Shown piece by piece: positions 51,932 to 60,558 of a stretch of 64,000 nt of DNA. Position 1 is the first letter of the stretch; every line of letters begins with the position of its first letter. Origin of the DNA: a virus; the IMG/VR virus record IMGVR_UViG_3300046559_000446, positions 1 to 64,000 of that record, one strand, 5' to 3'. The translations under genes and the position numbers were made by a program. The notes under the pieces are model-generated. The model saw only the letters and a list, made by a program, of their open reading frames with translations, did no database searches and was not told where the DNA came from.

Positions 51932-54103
51932 ATGCCGCATGCAACTCTCAAGATCGAACCCGGCGTCAACACTAACGAGACGCCTGTTCTCAACATGGCG
52001 GGCATCGCGGCCTGCAATTTGATCCGTTTCAAGTATGACCCGCACAATATGGGCTTGGTCGAGAAACTGGGCGGCTGGTCGAAATTTTACAGCGGCGCTT
52101 TCTCAAATGTCGTCCGCCACATCTATGCATGGCAGGAAATTGATAGCGACAAGTTTGCAGTCGTCGGGATGGAGGGCCTCGGTGGCGTCACGCTGCTGCC
52201 CGCCATTCCCAAGCTAGATCCTGTTACGGGCGCCAACACGGGTTTTTACGTAGCCGACGTCAACAACGTAAAAGACCTGACGCCTGTTTTCAGGCACTCG
52301 AATTTGACGCCGCAGTTTCACACGACCATCAATTCTCCGCTGGTGGACATCAACGACACAACTCTCGTCGGCATCCACACCACTGATTCGGTCTACATCG
52401 CGACCCACATCGCTGTCGGCGGCATTGTCTTGTTCGGTCAGTACGCCATCCAGAAAACGCTGTCCTTCACTGAGTTTCTGATCCAGTCCTCTACGCTCCT
52501 CGGCCTGCCCAATCCTGCGCTATCAACGGCGACCACGACGTCAGGCGCGCCAGGGTTGCCGATCTTCACTCCGATCGTGAGCAGCTACGAGGTGACGGTC
52601 ACTCTGCCCAACCACGGCTATCAGGTTGGCGACGTGTTTCCCCTTCTTGTGCCAGTGACACTGGCCAGCACCGTCCTCCAAATTGGCGAGCACGAGGTTC
52701 GCGCTGTCGCTGACGCCAACAATTTCACCATCCTCGCGGATGATGTGTCTAGCTCCGCAACGCCAGTAACGCTGAACGGCGGCAACGTGCGCCTGATCTA
52801 CAACATTGGCGGCGTTCCCGCCAAGATCGTCAGCGGCTATGGCGCCGGCGGCTACGGCGAAGGCGGTTACGGCACTGGCGGCACGACTGTGGTTCCGACG
52901 GGCGACGTCGTCAACGCTACCGACTGGGCCTTCGACAATTGGGGCAGCGTCCTGCTCGCCAGCCCTGAAAATCAGGTGGTCAATAATATTCCCACGTCGG
53001 GGATCTACCAGTGGACGCCTGACGTAGGCACGTCGGTTCTCGCGTTGATTGCGCAGGCGCCGCCCTGCAATGACGGCTTTTTCGTCGGCATGCCGCAGCG
53101 CCAGATCATCGCGTGGGGGTCGAGCTTCAGCGGCATTCCAGATCCGCTGCTGATCCGCTGGTGCGACGTCAACGACTACACGGCTTGGGCGGCGACGATC
53201 ACCAACCAGGCCGGCTCTTACCGCCTGCCGAAAGGCTCCAAGATCGTGGCCGGCATCCAGGGGCCGCAGCAGGGCATCATCTTCACCGACCTGGCCGTCT
53301 GGGCCATGCAGTATGTCGGCCAGCCTTACATCTATTCGTTTAACGAAATTGGCAACGGTTGCGGTCTGATCGGGCAGAAAGCGGCGACGTCGCTCAACGG
53401 CACGATTTACTGGATGAGCCAGCGCCAGTTCTTCCAGCTTTCGGGCGGCGGCGTCGCGCCGATCCCCTGCCCCGTTTGGGACGTCGTCTTTCAAAATATC
53501 GATCGGCGCTATTATGACAAGATCCGCGTCGCGCCCAACTCGATGTTCAACGAGATCGCCTGGTATTATACGTCCAACAGTTCACCAGACGGCGAGAACG
53601 ACGCCTATATCAAGTTCAACTACCTGTTGAACACCTGGGACTATGGCTTGATGGCGCGCTCGGCCTGGATCAACCAGAGCGTCGTCGGGCCGCCGCTCGC
53701 TGCGGGCCGCAGTGTTTTCGACGGCAAGATCCGCCTGTACCAGCATGACATCGCCCTCGACGCCGATGGCCAGCCGATGGATTCGTGGTTCTCTACGGGC
53801 TATTTCTCCATGTCGGACGGAGACAGCAAAGTCTTTGTCGATGAAATATGGCCTGATTTTAAGTGGGGGCCTTACAACAATCCGAACCAGAACGCCGGCG
53901 TCAAACTGACCTTCACGGCCAAGGATTTTCCAAGCCAGCAGCCGCAGATGTCCAATGCGTTTACGTTCAAGGTTGATTCGACCTACGTCACGCCGCGCCT
54001 GCGCGGACGCTTGATGCAGGTCACGATAGGAAGCAATGACGTTGGATCGTTCTGGCGCGTGGGCGGCATGCGCTATCGGCTGGCCCCAGACGGGAAATAC
54101 TGA
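51932..54103 (+). CDS. Tail stabilisation/nozzle protein (P22 gp10-like)
   Basis: PGVN..ET, IRF, EK.GGW, W.FDNWG, DPLLIRWCD, GNGCGLIG, WYY, RLRGR, WR.G. Confidence 0.8.
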   Translation: MPHATLKIEPGVNTNETPVLNMAGIAACNLIRFKYDPHNMGLVEKLGGWSKFYSGAFSNVVRHIYAWQEIDSDKFAVVGMEGLGGVTLLPAIPKLDPVTGANTGFYVADVNNVKDLTPVFRHSNLTPQFHTTINSPLVDINDTTLVGIHTTDSVYIATHIAVGGIVLFGQYAIQKTLSFTEFLIQSSTLLGLPNPALSTATTTSGAPGLPIFTPIVSSYEVTVTLPNHGYQVGDVFPLLVPVTLASTVLQIGEHEVRAVADANNFTILADDVSSSATPVTLNGGNVRLIYNIGGVPAKIVSGYGAGGYGEGGYGTGGTTVVPTGDVVNATDWAFDNWGSVLLASPENQVVNNIPTSGIYQWTPDVGTSVLALIAQAPPCNDGFFVGMPQRQIIAWGSSFSGIPDPLLIRWCDVNDYTAWAATITNQAGSYRLPKGSKIVAGIQGPQQGIIFTDLAVWAMQYVGQPYIYSFNEIGNGCGLIGQKAATSLNGTIYWMSQRQFFQLSGGGVAPIPCPVWDVVFQNIDRRYYDKIRVAPNSMFNEIAWYYTSNSSPDGENDAYIKFNYLLNTWDYGLMARSAWINQSVVGPPLAAGRSVFDGKIRLYQHDIALDADGQPMDSWFSTGYFSMSDGDSKVFVDEIWPDFKWGPYNNPNQNAGVKLTFTAKDFPSQQPQMSNAFTFKVDSTYVTPRLRGRLMQVTIGSNDVGSFWRVGGMRYRLAPDGKY

Positions 54104-54105
54104 CG

Positions 54106-54516
54106 ATGACGGCTTCGCTCACAGACATCCTTTCCGCCGCCAAAAACATCGCCCAGGCGATCAATGACGCGGCGCGCGCTTATGTCGGCGTCCAGGGGTC
54201 GCAAATACAAGTGGCGATGGGCGCCAATTCGCAAGTTACGGTTGGGCCGGGGCGCATGGCCATGCTCAGTGTGATCACTGCTGGTAGCACCGTCGGAACT
54301 ATTCACGATTCCGCCACCATCACCAACGCTGCTCTCGCCAATCAGATTGCCGGCATTCCGATGACAGTCGGCATTTCTTTTGTCAATTTGCCGTTCAACA
54401 ACGGCCTCGCCATCAAGCCAGGCACGGGCCAGGTGGTGGCGGTCAGCTATTCGACAGGCGCCGCCGCCGGGGATCAGACCGTTTCCTCTGAAGGCAGACG
54501 GGCGAAAGGACGCTGA
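54106..54516 (+). CDS. Virion-module hypothetical protein
   Basis: ASLTDIL.A.KNI; follows the stabilisation protein. Confidence 0.7.
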   Translation: MTASLTDILSAAKNIAQAINDAARAYVGVQGSQIQVAMGANSQVTVGPGRMAMLSVITAGSTVGTIHDSATITNAALANQIAGIPMTVGISFVNLPFNNGLAIKPGTGQVVAVSYSTGAAAGDQTVSSEGRRAKGR

Positions 54517-54517
54517 C

Positions 54518-55210
54518 ATGCCACTGATCAAATCAGGGTCTAAGGAGGCCGTCAGCCAGAACATCAAAACGGAGATGGGCGCCGGCAAGCCGCAGAAGCA
54601 GGCGATTGCTATCGCCCTCGATGTCGCGCGGCGCGCGCGAGCGGAGGGCGGCGGCATGCCGACGCTCTCAAAACTAGGTTCGCCGCCTGATGTTCCAGAG
54701 ACGGTTCACGCGCATCTGTCGGCCAAGGTCCACACCGGTCCGATCCACAGCGCGGTCGCAGGCCGCACCGACCACCTGCCCGTTCACGTTCCGAGCGGCA
54801 GCTATGTCATCCCTGCCGACATCGTGTCGGGCATGGGCGAAGGAAACACCAATGCCGGATTTAAGGTCATTAAACGAACTTTCGCGGGGCTTCCATATGG
54901 CCCCAAGTCCGACCAGCCCTATGGACATAAGGGAGGCCCTTATGGAAGCGGATCGGCTCCGTATAACCAGGCAGGCGGCCCGTATGGCGAACCGCTTGTT
55001 GGCGACAGACATGCGCGCGGTGGCAAAACTGGATCCGATGTGAAGGTCGTCGTGGCGGGCGGCGAGTACACCTTGACGCCTGAAGAGGTGATGGCGGCGG
55101 GCGATGGCGATATCGATCGCGGCCACCGCGTCCTCGATGATTTCGTCAAACAGATGCGCGGCCACATCGTCAAGACGATGTCGAAGCTGCCTGGACCGAA
55201 GCGAGACTAG
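54518..55210 (+). CDS. Internal virion protein with MPLxK and GRTD/GEY motifs
   Basis: MPLIKSGSKEAVSQNI..EM..GKPQKQAIAIAL; GRTDHLP..VPSGSYVIPADIVS; GGEY.LTPEEV. Confidence 0.7.
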   Translation: MPLIKSGSKEAVSQNIKTEMGAGKPQKQAIAIALDVARRARAEGGGMPTLSKLGSPPDVPETVHAHLSAKVHTGPIHSAVAGRTDHLPVHVPSGSYVIPADIVSGMGEGNTNAGFKVIKRTFAGLPYGPKSDQPYGHKGGPYGSGSAPYNQAGGPYGEPLVGDRHARGGKTGSDVKVVVAGGEYTLTPEEVMAAGDGDIDRGHRVLDDFVKQMRGHIVKTMSKLPGPKRD

Positions 55211-55214
55211 GCAA

Positions 55215-55718
55215 ATGAGCGAGATACAAGTGAGATACGGCGTTCCAGCCGACGTGCATAATTTCATGGACCTGACGGCCATGTGCGCGGAAGAGAACGG
55301 CCTGCTCGCGGTGAGCAGGAGGAAAGTGCTGGAGGAGGTATGGGCCAGCCTGAACTGGGACCACGGCGTGATCGGCGTGGTCGAGGGCGACAGCGGCATC
55401 CTGGAGGCCGGCATCCTGCTCCGCGTGGACACGACGCCCTACAGCGTCGAGGAAGTCCTGTGCGAGCGCGCGATCTACGTGCGGCCAGAATTTCGTAAAG
55501 TGCAGCGCAGCCTCTATCAGGGCGGACGCGCCAGCTACCTATGCGAGTTCGCCAAGAACGCCGCCATGCGCCTCGAATTACCCCTTCTAATCAGTATTTT
55601 GTCAACGCACCGCGCTGCTGGTAAGGTGAGACTTTACGAGCGGCATTTCGGAACGCCGGCGGGCGCCTATTGGCTTTGGAACGCGAAGACGGGCCATAAG
55701 CAAGAAGCTGCGGAGTAG
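55215..55718 (+). CDS. GNAT-fold virion-module protein
   Basis: VR.G.PAD, IGVVE, LCE..IYVRPEFRK, K.RLYER. Confidence 0.7.
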   Translation: MSEIQVRYGVPADVHNFMDLTAMCAEENGLLAVSRRKVLEEVWASLNWDHGVIGVVEGDSGILEAGILLRVDTTPYSVEEVLCERAIYVRPEFRKVQRSLYQGGRASYLCEFAKNAAMRLELPLLISILSTHRAAGKVRLYERHFGTPAGAYWLWNAKTGHKQEAAE

Positions 55719-55723
55719 ACGTC

Positions 55724-58700
55724 ATGGGCGGCAAGACACAGCAGGCTTCCTCTCAGGTCACGATACCTCCGGAAGTTTTGGCGCGCTACAACGCGGTCAA
55801 TGCGCAGGCGCAGCAGACTGCCGCCACGCCCTTCCAGCAATATTCGAGCGACCCGAACGCCTTCGTGGCGCCGCTGACGGCTGCGCAAAACATGGGCCTC
55901 CAGCAGACTGCGAACTACGCCAACGCCGCCCAGCCGGGCATCAATAGCGCGATGGACATGACGCAAGGAGCGATGGGATCGGCCAATCCGTGGGAACTGA
56001 CTGGCGACAAAATCCAGCAATACATGAACCCCTACACCCAGAACGTCACTGGCCAGATGACAAATCTGATGAACCAGCAGTTCGGGGCGCAGCAGTCGGG
56101 CCAGACTGGCAATGCGATCAAGAGCGGCGCTTTTGGCGGCGATCGCGCTGGCGTTGCGGCGGCGAATCTTTCCGGGCAGCAATCGCTGGCTTATGGCAAC
56201 GCTATGGCGCCGGTGCTCCAGCAGGGCTACAACACGGCGCTCCAGACCGCCACCGGCCAGCAGGCGATCGATCTGCAGGCCCAGCAGGCCAACCTGGCGC
56301 GGCAAATGCAGGGCGCAAACCAGTACGGCCAGTTGGCCGGCATGGGTCAGCAATATGGCCTCGCCGGCGCGCAGGCTTTGATGGGCGCGGGCCAGGTCCA
56401 GCAGCAGACCCAGCAGGCCGGTCAAACGGCGCTCTACAACCAATTCCAGCAGCAGCAATCCTATCCGTTCCAGGTTGGACAGTATCTCGCCAATATCGCG
56501 GAAGGCACCGGTTCGCTGTCGGGCCAGACGTCGAACACCACGCAGCAAGCGCCGTTCTTCTCCGATCGCAAATTGAAGGAAAACATCAAGCGAATTGGCA
56601 CCGCCAAGAACGGCCTGCCGATCCACAGCTTCAATTACAAGGACGATCCCGAAAAGCTGTCTCGCCTCGGCTTCATGGCTGACGAGGTCGAGAAGAAGCA
56701 TCCGGAGGCGGTGGGCCTCGCCGGCGGCTACAAGACCGTCGACCACGAGCAGGCGATGAAGAGCGCCGGCGGCAGCGTCACTGACTTCGACCAGGGACGA
56801 GCCTACGATCGCGGCGGATACGACCTCGGCGGCGCTCCCAGCACCTATGATCCATCCTGGCAGTCTGTCACCCAGCGGCACATGGCGGGGCTGCAGGGCC
56901 AGCCGCAGCAGGGCAGCAGCCTGTACGGCGGCAAGCGGCGCCACGTTCCGGAAGGATCGGGGGGTCGCTACAGCCTGCCGAATGCGCCGACCATGCCGGG
57001 GGCAAGGCCGTCAGGCTTGAGCCAGGCTGTTGGAACAGCGCAGGCGACTGTGGGCCTCGGCCAGTCGCTTGGTGACGCCTATGACAAATACACCGGCAAG
57101 GACAAGACTGCCGCGCCCGCCGCGCCCGCCGCGCCTGCCGCGCCTGTAGTGGCGGCGAAAGCGCCCGGTACGCCTGGCACACCCGATCAGCCCGACATCA
57201 TGAATTTGAGCCGTGGCGGTCTGGCTGGAGGCGGCGAGCCGCCCATGCCGGCTATCGCCGCCGCCTCGATGGCTGGAAGGCCGGCGGAAGGCGTACCCGA
57301 CGTCACCAAAACAACGACTGCTTATGACGAGGGCCTCGCGAAAGCGCAGGATGCGCAAGTTCGCGCAAATGCGCTTCAAGACGCGGATCGCGCGCAGGCG
57401 TCAGCGGCTGGCATGTCGTTCAGGCCTGATTGGGATAACCCGATGCTGGCGCAGAGCGATCTGGCCCGCTCGATGGGCGTGTACAAGACGCTGAACGGCT
57501 ACAATGATCCGACGCATGGCGGATCCTACCTTGGTTTCGATCGCGGCGGCTACGCGACAGACGGCGGCGTGAACAGCAGCGCGGATGTGCTCAAGACCCC
57601 CGATCCGAACGCCACGCAAGACACGACCCAGATGAATATTCCGGACAAGGAGTCGCATTTCAAATTGCCCGACCCGCCCAAGCCGCCAGGCGGCGCTGGA
57701 AAGAGCGGAGCGGGCCAGGCTTTGGGTGCCGCCAAGTCGCTTATGGGCCTCGCTTCGCTCATTCCCGGCGTCGGCGCTGTCACCGGCCCGCTCGGCGCCG
57801 TAATGGGCGCAGGCGAGGCGCTGGCCGGCGCTGCCGGCGGCATGATGGTTGCGGGCGGTCGCCGCCGCAGGGGCAAGCGCAAGGGCCTGTCTGTCGGCGG
57901 TCAGGGCGAAGGCGTCGATTTCATGAGCAAGACGCGGCAGGTTGATCCTGAAATAGCGGACATTGCGGACTCGTGGAGCAGCCCTCATGACGATACTGGC
58001 AATCAGGGCGCTGGCTCCGATAACATGAGCGAATATGAGCAGGGGCGTAGGTCTGAGCATCAGGGTTCCGTCAATAACGAAACGGCGCCGCTGACCACGA
58101 GCGCGAACACTGGTCTTGCTGGTCAGGGCGTGGATTACATGAGCCAAGAGCGGCAGGGGCGCGAGCCGGAACTCAGAAGCTCCGTCCACCCTGCCATGTC
58201 GGCGTCGAATGCAACGCCTGAAGAACAAAATGCGTATCTTATGCAGCATGTCCCGCGTGAGCGTTTGCATGAAGTGATGACGCCTGCTGCCTTGGCAAAA
58301 GCGTATCCGCCCACGGAAGCGCCCGCGCGCGGAGAGCTATCTCCGACATGGAAACCCGCCGATGTGGTGATCCCCACTCCTGGCGGCGGCGAATCTCCGC
58401 TGGCAACCGATCTGGGCGGCACGTCGCGCCCGCTTCAGCATGGGGCCGAGCCGATTGCTGACGTCGATGCCGGCGGCGCTCCTACGGTGGGCCTCGCCGC
58501 TGGCGAGCGCGGATCTGGTTTTGCCGAGAAGCCTAACCTTGGAAGCGCGGAATTTCCCACTGCGGCGTTTCCCAACGCCACCGCAACGCCTGAAGAAGCC
58601 GCCGCTGCGCTCAGAGAAGCCACCTCGCCTGAAGGACGGGCGCACACGCAAGCAGTGCTGGCGAAGAGGGTTGCCGATCTTCAGGCGACCAGGGAAGCGC

Positions 58701-60556
58701 GCGAAAACGAAGAATACGGAAATAAGTCGCTGCTGCGGAAGGTGGGCGAAGCTACTGGCATGATAGCGCCCACCCGTGGCCTGGTGCCTGACGCGGAAAA
58801 GGAGGCGGCTGCTCATCTCAACGCCCCCGTCTCTCCTCTGGACAATGATCCGGAGACGCGCGTTGCCGGCCCGAACACCACGATCATTCCGTCGAACACC
58901 AACGATAAGGTCGCTGCACCCGCGCCTGGCTTGGGGGCTGCTGAAACTCCTACTGCAGTTAAGACTGCCACTGAGGCTCCCGACTCCTTTACGCCAAAAG
59001 TCACTCCAGGCGTCGGCGCTGGCGCCTTCCCGATGACGGTCAGCCCGACCGGCGTCACTGCCCCTGCTGCCGCCGCGCCCGCTCGCGAACCGGATTTGCA
59101 ATACCTGGCGGAACACAAGCAGTTCCCGCTGTCGCCAGCGCCGATCGGCGGCGATGTTCGCGCTCCCGCTGCGGCCCCCGCCCCCGCTCCCGCAAGGGTT
59201 GCGCCTCGTGGCGGCGTTGCGCCGACTGCTCCTGCTGGCGGGGCGGCCAGAGCGCCGACGCCTCCGAACGACGCCAACGGCAATCCCATCGAACAGTTCT
59301 TTGGCGGCATCGCTCGCGGCGTGGACGGCGCGCTCCACAATGTTGCCGATTTCTTCACGGGCGGCGCCCGCAATGTCGGCAACACCATCAACAGCGCGGG
59401 CCAGGTGGTCAACAGGGCGGGCCAGGCTATCGGCCAGACCGTCAACAGCGCGGGCCAGGCTATCGGCAATGAAGTCCACGGGCGCTTCAACGAATTGATG
59501 AATGGCTCGCCAAAGATGATGTCGCCTGGCGGTAATTTTCACGCCCAAGGCGTCGATCCGCGCCTGGTCAGCAACCTCACGGAAGCCACAAGGGGTCTGC
59601 CGCAAGGCTGGCATGCGCAGTTCGAATCGGGTTTCCGCCAAGGCGATAAGCGCCAGCATGGCAGGGGCAACGCGGTTGATGTCGCGCTCTATAATGAGAA
59701 GGGCGAGAGGCTCGCCAACTATCAAGACCCGACCACCTTCCGCGCCTATGAGAAATTTGCGCAAGATTTCAGGGCGGCGCAGCAGCACAACAACCCCGAA
59801 CTGAACAGCGCCACGCGCTGGGGCGGTTATTTCAGCGGCAAGACGGAAGCGCAAGGTGGGCCATATGGCGCGGTCGATCTGATGCACTTCGACCTCGGCG
59901 GGCGGCAGGGCCTCGGCATGCTCGGCGGCTCCTGGGAAGGCGGCATGACGGCGAAACAGCATGCGCTGTTCCCCGGCGCTACGTCTGTCGGCATGGGCCA
60001 GCGCCCGCCTGAAGGCTATTCGACGGCAGTGTCCACTGACAGCACTGGCGCCAGAACCGATGCGACAGGGCGCGTTTCGCCAGGCTATAGCAATGGCGTT
60101 CAGGGCATCCTCTCGCAGGAGGAAGCTTTTCGTGGGCAGGCGTATTTTGACAAGAACGCCAGCGGCAGCGGGGGCCACTGGGCTGTCGGCTACGGCTCCC
60201 ATAAGATGCGAGATCCGAACACTGGCGAAATGCGCGAAGTTCGGCAGGGCGACACCATCACGCCACAGGGCGCCCAGCAGGATATGACGCATCGCATGCA
60301 AAACGAGTACCTTCCGGCGGCGGTGAGAAAAGCCGGCGGGGTGGATGTCTGGCGCGCCCTGCCGCGCAATGTCCGCGACGGCCTCGGCTCGACCATCTGG
60401 AACTATGGCCACCTGCCCGATCCGGTCGCCGCTGCTATCAGACACGGCGGTGGCCCCAACGAGATTGCAAATGCAGTTGCGGGACTTGGCGGCAAGACGC
60501 CAGCGGCTCGCGCTCGCCGCGCTCGTGAAGCCGCGCATATTCGTGGTGGAGGTTGA
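55724..60556 (+). CDS. Large DNA-ejection protein: Gln-rich N-terminus, internal S74 domain, C-terminal M15 peptidase and GH24 lysozyme
   Basis: YMNPY..NV, GAFGGDR; FSDRKLKENI..GFMADEVE; SGFR..QH..G.AVD..D.MHFD; EEAF..AYFD..W.VGYG..WNYG..RR..EA. Confidence 0.85.
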   Translation: MGGKTQQASSQVTIPPEVLARYNAVNAQAQQTAATPFQQYSSDPNAFVAPLTAAQNMGLQQTANYANAAQPGINSAMDMTQGAMGSANPWELTGDKIQQYMNPYTQNVTGQMTNLMNQQFGAQQSGQTGNAIKSGAFGGDRAGVAAANLSGQQSLAYGNAMAPVLQQGYNTALQTATGQQAIDLQAQQANLARQMQGANQYGQLAGMGQQYGLAGAQALMGAGQVQQQTQQAGQTALYNQFQQQQSYPFQVGQYLANIAEGTGSLSGQTSNTTQQAPFFSDRKLKENIKRIGTAKNGLPIHSFNYKDDPEKLSRLGFMADEVEKKHPEAVGLAGGYKTVDHEQAMKSAGGSVTDFDQGRAYDRGGYDLGGAPSTYDPSWQSVTQRHMAGLQGQPQQGSSLYGGKRRHVPEGSGGRYSLPNAPTMPGARPSGLSQAVGTAQATVGLGQSLGDAYDKYTGKDKTAAPAAPAAPAAPVVAAKAPGTPGTPDQPDIMNLSRGGLAGGGEPPMPAIAAASMAGRPAEGVPDVTKTTTAYDEGLAKAQDAQVRANALQDADRAQASAAGMSFRPDWDNPMLAQSDLARSMGVYKTLNGYNDPTHGGSYLGFDRGGYATDGGVNSSADVLKTPDPNATQDTTQMNIPDKESHFKLPDPPKPPGGAGKSGAGQALGAAKSLMGLASLIPGVGAVTGPLGAVMGAGEALAGAAGGMMVAGGRRRRGKRKGLSVGGQGEGVDFMSKTRQVDPEIADIADSWSSPHDDTGNQGAGSDNMSEYEQGRRSEHQGSVNNETAPLTTSANTGLAGQGVDYMSQERQGREPELRSSVHPAMSASNATPEEQNAYLMQHVPRERLHEVMTPAALAKAYPPTEAPARGELSPTWKPADVVIPTPGGGESPLATDLGGTSRPLQHGAEPIADVDAGGAPTVGLAAGERGSGFAEKPNLGSAEFPTAAFPNATATPEEAAAALREATSPEGRAHTQAVLAKRVADLQATREARENEEYGNKSLLRKVGEATGMIAPTRGLVPDAEKEAAAHLNAPVSPLDNDPETRVAGPNTTIIPSNTNDKVAAPAPGLGAAETPTAVKTATEAPDSFTPKVTPGVGAGAFPMTVSPTGVTAPAAAAPAREPDLQYLAEHKQFPLSPAPIGGDVRAPAAAPAPAPARVAPRGGVAPTAPAGGAARAPTPPNDANGNPIEQFFGGIARGVDGALHNVADFFTGGARNVGNTINSAGQVVNRAGQAIGQTVNSAGQAIGNEVHGRFNELMNGSPKMMSPGGNFHAQGVDPRLVSNLTEATRGLPQGWHAQFESGFRQGDKRQHGRGNAVDVALYNEKGERLANYQDPTTFRAYEKFAQDFRAAQQHNNPELNSATRWGGYFSGKTEAQGGPYGAVDLMHFDLGGRQGLGMLGGSWEGGMTAKQHALFPGATSVGMGQRPPEGYSTAVSTDSTGARTDATGRVSPGYSNGVQGILSQEEAFRGQAYFDKNASGSGGHWAVGYGSHKMRDPNTGEMREVRQGDTITPQGAQQDMTHRMQNEYLPAAVRKAGGVDVWRALPRNVRDGLGSTIWNYGHLPDPVAAAIRHGGGPNEIANAVAGLGGKTPAARARRAREAAHIRGGG

Positions 60557-60558
60557 CA

